IMG/VR virus record: IMGVR_UViG_3300030102_005682
Coordinates: 1 to 58,146 of that record
Origin: a virus
Taxonomy: Duplodnaviria > Caudoviricetes
Direction: 5' to 3' (one strand)
Length of the DNA stretch: 58,146 bases
Below are positions 45,549 to 54,739 of the stretch, in pieces. Below the pieces are notes generated by a model. That model was not told where the DNA came from, did not search any database, and worked only from the letters and a program-made list of their open reading frames with translations. How positions within the stretch are numbered: position 1 is the first letter of the stretch; the number at the start of each line of letters is the position of its first letter. The position numbers and the translations under genes were made by a program.

Positions 45549-48404
45549 ATGAAAACTTTTACACAATTACCTGACCTATTAAGAGCTCGAATGGAGTTCA
45601 TGCAACAAAATAACAACCCTGAGGTATTTCCTTCTTATACTTTTGATGATGTTGCCAAGATATCAGACGCTGGATTTGATCAAGTCAGAGGTTTTCAAGA
45701 GGGAGATCAAGTAAAAACAGAAGAAGAAGACACACCTAAAATCTCACCCGATCTTCCACCAGGAGCACCTTTACCGACTTTTATGGGTATGACTCAAGCT
45801 GCAGAATCTTATGGTGGCACCACAAGAGAAACAGGAGCTTCTATACCTATTAATCAAATGCAATCTATTCTTGTGCAAATGGCAGAGAACGGTTTGAAAA
45901 AAGGATTACCACAGGCTCAGATTATTAATGATATGGAAAGAATAAAATCTGAATATGGATATACAGATGCCATGATGTATCCACAAACAGCCACTGTTGA
46001 TGACATTAATGATACAGGAGGTTACTTAAACGGTAGACCTAATCCTTTTCCAATGTTGAAATTATCTACTTCTGTGCTTTCAAGCATAGCGGGGACTCTG
46101 AAGGGCGCTAGGATAGGAGCTTTAGCAGGACCATTAGGTGCTGTTTTTGGTGGATTGATAGGCGGAACTGCCGCTTACGTTTCCAACTTAGCAGGCTATG
46201 AAGGATTATTGTCATACTTAAATGGTAAAGGTTTATTATACACACCAACTTACAATGAGTATGGTGAGTTTATGGGACAACAAAAAGGTATTTATAGACC
46301 AAGTGTTGACGAACAAATAGATTATTTAAAAAGAGAGGCTTTGATTGATTTAGCTTTTGGTGGTGCTTTCTTATCAGCAAGACCTGCCTTAGGTCTAATG
46401 AAAGCAACTTTAAATAAAGCTACTGGAGTTAACAAAGAGGCTTACCAACAACTAAAAAATTTAGGCATAGATCCAGGTCGCTCTGAAGTATCAAACATGT
46501 TTATATTTAATTCTTTACCTAACTCTATAGGTAGAACCCCTTTCTTTGGTACAGTATTTAGAAAAGCTTATGAAAAGAACGTTGAGAAATATTTAAAAAA
46601 TGTAGATAAAAACGTCATTCCTGGATTTGATCAACTAGTTAACGCCATGAATGGTGGTGGTCTTGCACCGAAAAGTATGATTGCTGACATGGGTTATGAT
46701 ATGGCAACAACAGTCAGTAAGTATACCAAACAGGCAGTTAATGACATTAATAAAAATTACACCAAAGCAATAGGTTTGGCTGAAAGTTTGGGAGATGTTT
46801 TTAGTATTAAAGGTGCAGGTAATCAAGCAAGAGAACTAGCTAAGTCAATATTTAAAAATGCACCTAAAGACGATGCTGGAAAGTTTATTAACAAAGCAGA
46901 TGAAAGCGTTTTTAGATTCCTAAAAGGATTAGAGGCAGACGCTTTAGCAACAGGTACAGTAAACTTTGGTAAGGTAAAAGGTTATATGAATCAAATTGAT
47001 AATTACATGCAACCTGATTTTAAGTTAAAAACATCCGCAAAAGATATTTCACAAAAAGTAAAAGTCGTTTTAACAGAATTGGAAAAAGGATTGGGTGCCC
47101 CTATACCTTCATTAAAAAGCATTACAGGTAGTTCAAACACAGCCATGAAAGAATACATGAACGCTTTGAAGATCGCTGACGACACTTATCAAAAGTACGC
47201 TGTGTTGTTTGGTGGACCTGATGGTAAACATTTCAAAGGAATAACAAAGTTTCAATTCTTTAATGAGTTTCAACAACAAGGCAGTAAGTATGTTGAAGAT
47301 GTATTTAAAAAAGCTTTTAGACTAGAAACTAAAACATCTGTCGAGAACATGTCTAAAATGATGGGTCCTGAAAAATTTAGAGATGCAGTTAGACTAAGAA
47401 TAGCAGATGCTTTTCAAAATTCTTTTGAAGGTGCACCAGGTTTCATGAGGTCTGCAAAAGATCGAACAGATGACTTTTTTGGTCAGTTAGCAGATATGAA
47501 ATTTAACGTAAATTCTTTTAAAAGTAATTTAGGTCTTGATCAAATTATGAAGTTTGATGCTAACAAGTTAGTAGCTATGGATGAGGCTTTAAAAAGAGCT
47601 GGCTTAGGTATCGGTGTTGAAGATTTAAAGAAATTTGCAGATGCCTCTGAACAATTTTTTAATAATAAAAACTTTAACTTATCAACTTACTTGGCTCGTA
47701 GAACACAGTTGGGTGGTATTAAGTCTACCTTACGTGCTATATCAGGTGGCTTCTTGTTCCCTGGTGGAGCAGCTGCAGGTGCGGCCGCAGTGTCTGGTAG
47801 TGTTGGTTTAATAAACGCTGTTACTTTCTTGGTTCTTGGTAAATATGCCACTAAGATATTTTCTAACCCCTTTAGCATCACTCCTATTAGAGATGCAATA
47901 ACTACACAAGCAACAAACCTAAAAGGTATCCGTAAAAATTATTTAGAGTTGGCCAGGACATTAGAAAAACTTTTAAATGAAAACCCTGATTTAGAAGAAA
48001 ACTTAGAAAACGATTTCAATTCTATACAAAGAAGAATTAATACAACAGTGGGTAACTTAGCTCCTTTAAGTCAAGGATTTATGGATTTTCAAAAAGGTAA
48101 TAGTCAAGATCTAATGGAGTTTTTAGATGGTTTTAAAGACATACCTGACACTAACATTGAAACACCAACCGTGCCCGCAGAAGATAGTCAAGAGCCTGAG
48201 TTCAGAGAACAAACCACAACTGTTCCTCAAGAAATAGGCGTAGCGAGTAACGTTAGACAGCCTGACGAAGCAAATTTTAACGATACTAGATTAGCTTCTG
48301 TTGATGATTTAATATCTCCACCAACAGGAACGTCTGTTCAAAACGCACAAGATTTGTTTCCACAAGATTCTTTATTACAGGCAGCACTTAGAAGGAGGGC
48401 ATAA
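45549..48404 (+). CDS. Large putative ejection protein with TM-like Gly zippers
   Basis: RGFQEGDQV; GARIGALAGPLGAVFGGLIGG. Confidence 0.6.
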   Translation: MKTFTQLPDLLRARMEFMQQNNNPEVFPSYTFDDVAKISDAGFDQVRGFQEGDQVKTEEEDTPKISPDLPPGAPLPTFMGMTQAAESYGGTTRETGASIPINQMQSILVQMAENGLKKGLPQAQIINDMERIKSEYGYTDAMMYPQTATVDDINDTGGYLNGRPNPFPMLKLSTSVLSSIAGTLKGARIGALAGPLGAVFGGLIGGTAAYVSNLAGYEGLLSYLNGKGLLYTPTYNEYGEFMGQQKGIYRPSVDEQIDYLKREALIDLAFGGAFLSARPALGLMKATLNKATGVNKEAYQQLKNLGIDPGRSEVSNMFIFNSLPNSIGRTPFFGTVFRKAYEKNVEKYLKNVDKNVIPGFDQLVNAMNGGGLAPKSMIADMGYDMATTVSKYTKQAVNDINKNYTKAIGLAESLGDVFSIKGAGNQARELAKSIFKNAPKDDAGKFINKADESVFRFLKGLEADALATGTVNFGKVKGYMNQIDNYMQPDFKLKTSAKDISQKVKVVLTELEKGLGAPIPSLKSITGSSNTAMKEYMNALKIADDTYQKYAVLFGGPDGKHFKGITKFQFFNEFQQQGSKYVEDVFKKAFRLETKTSVENMSKMMGPEKFRDAVRLRIADAFQNSFEGAPGFMRSAKDRTDDFFGQLADMKFNVNSFKSNLGLDQIMKFDANKLVAMDEALKRAGLGIGVEDLKKFADASEQFFNNKNFNLSTYLARRTQLGGIKSTLRAISGGFLFPGGAAAGAAAVSGSVGLINAVTFLVLGKYATKIFSNPFSITPIRDAITTQATNLKGIRKNYLELARTLEKLLNENPDLEENLENDFNSIQRRINTTVGNLAPLSQGFMDFQKGNSQDLMEFLDGFKDIPDTNIETPTVPAEDSQEPEFREQTTTVPQEIGVASNVRQPDEANFNDTRLASVDDLISPPTGTSVQNAQDLFPQDSLLQAALRRRA

Positions 48405-49222
48405 TGGCACCAAGAAATTTTCCAAGAGGCGGTAAGGGTAGAACTTTAAGCAGATCAGGCATAAAAAGAATTATGGATGCTTCTGATAGCAGTGTACCAG
48501 GTGGTTCTTTTTCTGACTTAGCAAGAGCAGACAGACAGATTCAAGTTAAATACGATAGACCCGCAGACTTACAAAAGTTTGTAGATAGATCACGAAAATT
48601 TCAAGAGGGTATTGATGCAGGAGGTAGGCTTGATGACAGTGGCGTACTACAATTAATTGGCACAGATGTGAAAGACGCACAGGGCAGAACTTTATTGTCT
48701 ATGTCAACACCAAGAGTGACTGCACAGGCACCCACTTTAAGTCAGTTGGCGGGAGACGCAAAAAGATTTTTAACTGGTTATAATACTTTATCTTTTGATC
48801 CTGAAGCCAGGACAAGTCAAAACCCCGAAGGTAGTGTTATTAGTCGTGAACCAGGTATACTAGGTTTGATAGCAAAAGTGGCTCCTTCTCCAGTTTCTTT
48901 CATACCTGGAGCGTCTGCAATTTCAAAAGGTCTTGACATTTTTAGAAATATATTTTTCCCTCCTCCACCAAAAGTTACTTATGGTAGTAAAGTAACAGGC
49001 ACAGTTACTGAAGAACCACTTGATAGTGGTGTGTTTAGCGGATTAAATATTGAACTAAAAGATAAACCTGAACCACCGCCCGTTGAAAACTTTCAATCTA
49101 TTTTAGATCCAACAATGAATCCTGCTTTATATGGTGATGGAACTTTCTTTAATAGATTTGATGAACAACTAGATCAATTAGGAATAGACAGAGATGTTCT
49201 TGAAAATCAAACGCCTGTTTGA
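48404..49222 (+). CDS. Hypothetical protein
   Basis: TAATG coupling with AAGGAG RBS. Confidence 0.7.
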   Translation: MAPRNFPRGGKGRTLSRSGIKRIMDASDSSVPGGSFSDLARADRQIQVKYDRPADLQKFVDRSRKFQEGIDAGGRLDDSGVLQLIGTDVKDAQGRTLLSMSTPRVTAQAPTLSQLAGDAKRFLTGYNTLSFDPEARTSQNPEGSVISREPGILGLIAKVAPSPVSFIPGASAISKGLDIFRNIFFPPPPKVTYGSKVTGTVTEEPLDSGVFSGLNIELKDKPEPPPVENFQSILDPTMNPALYGDGTFFNRFDEQLDQLGIDRDVLENQTPV

Positions 49223-49282
49223 TAGAATTCTGTTTCAGAAAGGAGAACCTGATGAACATGAAATACATTGGGGAATAGGATC

Positions 49283-49732
49283 ATGATGAAAATTACAGAC
49301 GAACTTCGAGCACGGGTACAGGACCATGAAGGCCTACGCACTCAAATGTACTTGGATAGTTTGGGAAAGGCCACGATCGGAATCGGGCACCTTATTCAGC
49401 CTCACGAACGAGAAAGATACGCAGAGGGCGTAGAGATCTCTATGGACGAAGTAAATGAATTATTTGATATTGACTTAAATAAAGCGGCTGCGGGGGCTGA
49501 CCATCTTATAGACGAGTGCATTGGACATGATTTACCACAACACATATCAGAAGTGATTCTTGAAATGGTGTTTCAGCTAGGCACAAACGGCGTTAGAAAG
49601 TTTGCCAAGATGTGGAAAGCGATGAGAGTTAAGGACTGGAAGAAAGCAGCAGAAGAAATGAAAGATTCTAGATGGCATTCACAGACCCCAAAACGTTGTG
49701 AGTCTTTAGCTGAAATTGTGGCAAACACTTAG
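49283..49732 (+). CDS. T4-like lysozyme (GH24)
   Basis: HEGLR..MYLDSLGKATIGIGH (E-D-T triad spacing), MVFQLG, DSRWHSQTPKR. Confidence 0.9.
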   Translation: MMKITDELRARVQDHEGLRTQMYLDSLGKATIGIGHLIQPHERERYAEGVEISMDEVNELFDIDLNKAAAGADHLIDECIGHDLPQHISEVILEMVFQLGTNGVRKFAKMWKAMRVKDWKKAAEEMKDSRWHSQTPKRCESLAEIVANT

Positions 49733-49740
49733 ATTCTGCG

Positions 49741-50205
49741 TTGAGTATAATTATTTCTCAAATTGAGAATCCTTATCACTCTTCGTACATAGATTTAATT
49801 CATAAAGAATACGCTGTAAAAAACACTGAGTTTAATAAAAATAAAAAAACAGTTGGTTATGAAACAATAACAACAAATAGTCTTTATTTACATCTTTCTC
49901 ATGAATCTTGTTCGTATATCGCCGATTATGCCTGCTCTCTTTTAAAGTCTAATTACACCACTGTTAATTGCTGGGGAGTGCACTACATGCCTAATTTTGA
50001 ATTTGATAGGCACGACCACGCAGGCTACGATTACACTTTTGTGTATTATGTTTCTGTCCCTGAGAACTCACCTATAATTTTTGATTATTTTTCTTACGCT
50101 CCAAGAAACCGTGATCTCATTATATTTCCAGCCTCTCTTCATCATTGGGTTGAACCAGTGCCTCATGATCGATATATCATCGCTGGTAATTTAAAATCTT
50201 TATAA
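49741..50205 (+). CDS. 2OG-Fe(II) oxygenase
   Basis: HDH...FVYYV, FPASLHHWV, RYIIAGN. Confidence 0.8.
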   Translation: MSIIISQIENPYHSSYIDLIHKEYAVKNTEFNKNKKTVGYETITTNSLYLHLSHESCSYIADYACSLLKSNYTTVNCWGVHYMPNFEFDRHDHAGYDYTFVYYVSVPENSPIIFDYFSYAPRNRDLIIFPASLHHWVEPVPHDRYIIAGNLKSL

Positions 50206-50367
50206 TTTACGTCTAGGAAAATTAGGTAAGGTGCCCTCTTCTAAATACCAATAATAAGCGGCTTTCCAATCTTTTTTATATTCAGCTCTTAAAAAATCTT
50301 TTAATGCTTTGTCAGAATCGTGCTCTAAACTAATAAAGTTAGTTAATCTTTTTAAAAATTCTATCAT
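50200..50367 (-). CDS. 55-aa hypothetical protein
   Basis: GAAAGGA RBS; MIEFLKRLTNFISLEHDSDKALKDFLRAEYKKDW... Confidence 0.55.
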   Translation of the reverse strand: MIEFLKRLTNFISLEHDSDKALKDFLRAEYKKDWKAAYYWYLEEGTLPNFPRRKL

Positions 50368-50398
50368 TGTCATATCCTTTCGAAAAAGAATATAACGA

Positions 50399-50629
50399 TT
50401 ATTTTTTAAGTTTAGATTTGCTTTTTTGAGACTCTAGATGATCTTCTATTGCATCCCATACCTCTACATTAGACCAATGATTTAGAACAGCTTTAGACAC
50501 GTCTTCATGTAAAACTTTTAAAGTTCTAACGCCTATTGGTACAGGTTTTCCTTTGTTTTCATAAAGATGATCAATCTCTTCTCCAGTTAAACTTAAATAA
50601 ACTTCACCGCTTTGATACATTATTCTCAT
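50399..50629 (-). CDS. Hypothetical protein
   Basis: ATGA coupling to the upstream gene at 50626-50629. Confidence 0.65.
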   Translation of the reverse strand: MRIMYQSGEVYLSLTGEEIDHLYENKGKPVPIGVRTLKVLHEDVSKAVLNHWSNVEVWDAIEDHLESQKSKSKLKK

Positions 50630-51468
50630 ACTCCACACATCCCTTCGCAATCGTTAATGGCAACGCCACCTAGCTCGTCAAACATTGATATTTGTTTGTC
50701 TTCTGCCTTTTTATCTATATCTATTTCGCTTAAAGGCTTACCCTCTTTGGTAACAAACACGGTATAGCCTTCACGCATACCTTTGAACCCACCATTGATT
50801 TTCTTTTCAAATTCAATGACGTGTTGAAACTCTTCAGGTGAATTATCTTTTAAATATTTCCATTCTTTCCATGTTTTATAAGGACAAAAGGTACAGGCTG
50901 ATCTTGGTGGTTTTGGCATTTCGTGGTCATCAAACCATTTTTTACACATCGCTCTAGTTATGTTTCTTTCAACCAAAGGATATACATTTCTAATCCAAGG
51001 TTTCCTGGCCTCTTTAACACGATACATCTCGTCACGAGATATACCCATGATCATATCAACAACAACGCCTTTCTTAACACGTTGTCCTTTTTTATATCCC
51101 ATGTGAGTTCTAATAAATTTATGAATAGGTTCTATTTTGTAATGACCTGTACACTGCCTGGTAAGAATACCCATGCTATTTTTCTTTGGATCTTTTGTAA
51201 AAAAAGGAGGGGTTCTTGAAGTATGTAAACCCTGCGCAGCTTCTATAGAATCTTGTTCTATATCTCCTGCACTGATTACATGAATAGGATAATTTTTTAT
51301 TTTACTCTTCATCCAATCGAACCAATCATAAACTTCTTTTGGTTCTGCCATGGTGTCAGCAAACACAGCAAAATCAGGCATGGGACCTATCTCACCATAC
51401 TCATACATAAATGCCAAAGTGCTTGATTGCACTCCCGCTCCTAAAGATAATACGTTCAAATCAGCCAT
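50626..51468 (-). CDS. PP-loop (PAPS-reductase/adenine-nucleotide alpha-hydrolase-like) protein
   Basis: VLSLGAGVQS, FADT..E, RQCT..YKI.P, SACTFCPY, terminal CEGMCGV. Confidence 0.75.
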   Translation of the reverse strand: MADLNVLSLGAGVQSSTLAFMYEYGEIGPMPDFAVFADTMAEPKEVYDWFDWMKSKIKNYPIHVISAGDIEQDSIEAAQGLHTSRTPPFFTKDPKKNSMGILTRQCTGHYKIEPIHKFIRTHMGYKKGQRVKKGVVVDMIMGISRDEMYRVKEARKPWIRNVYPLVERNITRAMCKKWFDDHEMPKPPRSACTFCPYKTWKEWKYLKDNSPEEFQHVIEFEKKINGGFKGMREGYTVFVTKEGKPLSEIDIDKKAEDKQISMFDELGGVAINDCEGMCGV

Positions 51469-52898
51469 TGTTTTAGCTCCTCTCCCATGACCTCTGTCGC
51501 CAAGTTAATCTTATTTCTTAAACTTTGTACAATCTTCTCATCCACAGTGCCTTCAGTTACTAAGTCAACATAAGTGACTTTTGATGTTTGTCCTATGCGG
51601 TGCACTCTATCCTCCGATTGTAACCGGACTTCTAAGTCATAAGAGTTACTGTAATATATCACAGTGTGGCTCTTGGTTAAAGTTAAACCATAGCCTCCTG
51701 TTTTAGGATTACCCACAAAATAACGAAGCTCTTCGCCATTTTGAAACTCATCCACAATTTGTTGTCTTTCTTCGCTCGGTGTGTCTCCATAAAAAGTAGC
51801 AACTGATCGTGGACCGTGCACCTTTGAAATTTCTGTTGCAATTGTTTGAATGTCATGTCTATAGTTTGCCCAAATCAAAACTTTGCCTGATGTCTCATCT
51901 AATATATTCATTAATTCTTTTAACCTGTTATTCTCTACTGCTTTTACTTCTCCGTTATCTAGCTTCACATGGCCACAAACTATCTGGTGTAGCCTTAGTA
52001 TTTGTGTTAATGCTGATAGCGCTGTCAATCTTTCTCCCTCTAATTCTGCTATGGCCATTCTTTTCATAGTTACATACATCTCTAATTGTTTTGGAGTCAT
52101 TGATACATTACGAACTTGATATATTTTCTCAGGTAGATCTAAACAATCATCTTTTAAAACTCTGTATGAAAAATTATCTAACTTATCGGCTAACTCACCA
52201 AGTCTTTGATAACTGACTATCATACTAAACTGATGTGTAGGCATATTTCTTTTTACCATTACACAATATCTATTCTTAAATGTCCAAAAGGAACTAAACC
52301 CTAGTAAGTCCTCACTTAAAAAAGCACATTGTGCATATAGATCTATTGGTGAACGAGTGACAGGAGAGCCTGTCATAATACGTCTGTATTTGATTAGCGG
52401 GGATAATTTTAAAATATTTTTAGTCCTGGCCGCAGTAGGATTTTTTATAGTAGTGCTTTCATCTACAGCCACCATGGCTTTGTGTGATAACAAAAACTTC
52501 TTTGCAAAATCAACACCTTTCTTTGTGCTGAAAGCCTCCACGTTCATTAGCAAAATTTTAAAATTATCATTAGGTAAAAAAACTTTTTCTAATTTTTTTC
52601 TGTCCTCTGCTTTATTGTCTGACCCCCACACGAATATGTCAGGAGTTATGTGCTCAGGTAAATGACTTTTAAGTTCTCTTTTCCAATTTTTATAAACAGT
52701 CTTAGGCGCTATGACCATTAGCGTTTCAATATCGCCTCTATCCCACAACCAGCTAGCGTTATATATTGCAACTAATGTTTTACCTGTGCCCATCTCCATA
52801 AACCAAGCAAACTCCTCCTTATCAAGGGCAGCGCCCAGTGCAGCTAATTGATGAGCAAAAGGCTCAGTCTTAAACGGATAGTCCTGTAATTTTTTCAT
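51456..52898 (-). CDS. SNF2-family SF2 helicase
   Basis: MEMGTGKT, VDEST, TGSP, GYGLTL, QSEDRVHRIGQ. Confidence 0.92.
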   Translation of the reverse strand: MKKLQDYPFKTEPFAHQLAALGAALDKEEFAWFMEMGTGKTLVAIYNASWLWDRGDIETLMVIAPKTVYKNWKRELKSHLPEHITPDIFVWGSDNKAEDRKKLEKVFLPNDNFKILLMNVEAFSTKKGVDFAKKFLLSHKAMVAVDESTTIKNPTAARTKNILKLSPLIKYRRIMTGSPVTRSPIDLYAQCAFLSEDLLGFSSFWTFKNRYCVMVKRNMPTHQFSMIVSYQRLGELADKLDNFSYRVLKDDCLDLPEKIYQVRNVSMTPKQLEMYVTMKRMAIAELEGERLTALSALTQILRLHQIVCGHVKLDNGEVKAVENNRLKELMNILDETSGKVLIWANYRHDIQTIATEISKVHGPRSVATFYGDTPSEERQQIVDEFQNGEELRYFVGNPKTGGYGLTLTKSHTVIYYSNSYDLEVRLQSEDRVHRIGQTSKVTYVDLVTEGTVDEKIVQSLRNKINLATEVMGEELKQWLI

Positions 52899-52922
52899 TT
52901 CTTTCTAATTTAGAATATAGTG

Positions 52923-52955
52923 CTTGTAATTCTAATATCAAGTACTATATAATTA
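52923..52955 (+). promoter_or_regulatory. Sigma70-like promoter of the replication operon
   Basis: TTGTAA (52924)-N18-TATAAT (52948) in the divergent intergenic gap. Confidence 0.7.
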
Positions 52956-52975
52956 CGTTAGAAAGAAGGTAAACA

Positions 52976-53293
52976 TTGAGTAAAGTATATGTAGTACAAG
53001 AAATGCCTGGTAAGGACATTTTATCTGCTGATAAGTATGGTGAACTTGTCCCTGTCATGCCACCCAACTATCAAGTTATCCTGAGTCCAGGACCAGCTGT
53101 TGCTAAGATGAAGCGTGCAATCAAGTCGTTTACAGATGATGATTACATACTTTGTATGGGCGACCCTTCTTTGATAGGCATTGTTTGTGCATATTGCTCA
53201 GAGTTGAATGGTGGTAAATTTAATCTGTTGAAGTGGGATAAAAAACATCAAAAGTATTATCCTATATCAATAGATCTCTATAGGAGAACGTAA
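52976..53293 (+). CDS. Replication-module hypothetical protein
   Basis: VYVVQE, YGEL, DDYILCMGDP; first gene after the promoter. Confidence 0.75.
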   Translation: MSKVYVVQEMPGKDILSADKYGELVPVMPPNYQVILSPGPAVAKMKRAIKSFTDDDYILCMGDPSLIGIVCAYCSELNGGKFNLLKWDKKHQKYYPISIDLYRRT

Positions 53294-53859
53294 TGACTAA
53301 CGCATCTATACTTGAGTCTTTAGAAGAATCATCTAAGGATTTAGGTAAACTTGACGATGGATCTTTGTCCTCATTGGGCTCGAAGTGTCATGAAATCGAA
53401 TCAACTGTAGCTGAACTTGAAAATATTGAGTCACATAAAAAAGGTCTCAATCAAAAGTTACAGAAGTTGTACGATGAGACAGCCGAGTTGCTTAGGGCTA
53501 AGAATCTATCTTCACTTACCTTGGCTAATGGATCAAAAGTCACTGCATCAGAAAAAGTAGTAGCACATATCAAAAAAGATATTCAATCTGAAGCTTTTGA
53601 TATACTACGAAAAAAAGGATTCGGTGATCTGATTAAGCGTGAGGTAAAAGCAAACTTCGCTAAGGGCGAAGATTCTCAAGCAGAAATGTTCATACGTGCG
53701 ATCGAAGAGCAAGGACTTCAACCGGTGGATGATGCCAAAATACATCCAAGCACTCTTAAAGCTTTCTTTAAAGAGCAGCTGGATAAAGGCAACCCGCACG
53801 AATTACCTTTAGATCTTTTCGGGGTACATGTTTTGAACGAAATAAAGATAAGGAGATAA
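53293..53859 (+). CDS. Replication-module hypothetical protein
   Basis: GFGDLIK, IHPSTLKAF; AGGAG RBS. Confidence 0.75.
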   Translation: MTNASILESLEESSKDLGKLDDGSLSSLGSKCHEIESTVAELENIESHKKGLNQKLQKLYDETAELLRAKNLSSLTLANGSKVTASEKVVAHIKKDIQSEAFDILRKKGFGDLIKREVKANFAKGEDSQAEMFIRAIEEQGLQPVDDAKIHPSTLKAFFKEQLDKGNPHELPLDLFGVHVLNEIKIRR

Positions 53860-53861
53860 TT

Positions 53862-54695
53862 ATGCGTAAGAGAAAAACCGTAAATAAGAAAAAACTGTCT
53901 GCTAATAAAGCAGTGCAGGAAACTAAGACACAGGCAGTTGCAGCTGTGACTCTTGACAGTCTTGAGGCACTCAGTGGTAGAGGGCTTCAGAATGTATCAA
54001 ATGATACTATGGCTACGCCAAGAATTAAAATATTAATGCAACTATCACCAGAACTAGAAGAGATAGAAGGTGCTAAGGCAGGAATGATTTACAACACAGT
54101 AACTCAAGAACTCTATAAATCTGATGAAGGTTTAAGAGTCGTGCCTTGTTATTTTCAGCTTCAATATGTTGAGTGGGCGGACCGTGGCCAGGGGTCAGGT
54201 GCACCTATAAATGTGTATGATGCTAACTCTGATATTCTGATGAAAACAAAAAGAGACGATCAGAATAAGGATAGGCTCGACACTGGTAATTACATTGACA
54301 CTTGTCATAATCATTTTGTTTTGGTTATTGGCAAAGACGATGTGCCATCACCTGCTGTTATCACATTTAAGTCTACACAGCTTAAACACAGTAAGCGTTG
54401 GAATACCATGATGAAGAGACAATTCCTCAAGGGAAAAAACGGAAACTTGTTCGCAGCTCCTGCGTTTGCTCACGTTTATAAGTGGACGACAATGAAGGAG
54501 TCTAATGATAAAGGCACTTGGTATGGTTGGAATGGTCCTACCAAGGAAGCAGTTCTCACTGAACTACCTAACGGTGGTGAGTTGCTAAGCATGGCGAAAG
54601 AGTTTGAAGAGAGTTGTAGAAAAGGTGAAAGAAATGTTTCTTATGAAGAAGCAGAGACATCATCTGGTGACTCAGATTCAAGCATACCATTTTAA
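53862..54695 (+). CDS. Putative ssDNA-binding/annealing protein
   Basis: Acidic tail ending SSIPF; NDKGTWYGW; position before primase. Confidence 0.6.
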   Translation: MRKRKTVNKKKLSANKAVQETKTQAVAAVTLDSLEALSGRGLQNVSNDTMATPRIKILMQLSPELEEIEGAKAGMIYNTVTQELYKSDEGLRVVPCYFQLQYVEWADRGQGSGAPINVYDANSDILMKTKRDDQNKDRLDTGNYIDTCHNHFVLVIGKDDVPSPAVITFKSTQLKHSKRWNTMMKRQFLKGKNGNLFAAPAFAHVYKWTTMKESNDKGTWYGWNGPTKEAVLTELPNGGELLSMAKEFEESCRKGERNVSYEEAETSSGDSDSSIPF

Positions 54696-54702
54696 ATTAA
54701 CT

Positions 54703-54729
54703 AGGGGGCGATAAGCCCCCTTTATTTTT
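54703..54729 (+). terminator. Intrinsic terminator
   Basis: AGGGGGC-gataa-GCCCCCT then TTATTTTT. Confidence 0.7.
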
Positions 54730-54739
54730 GGGAGTGCAT

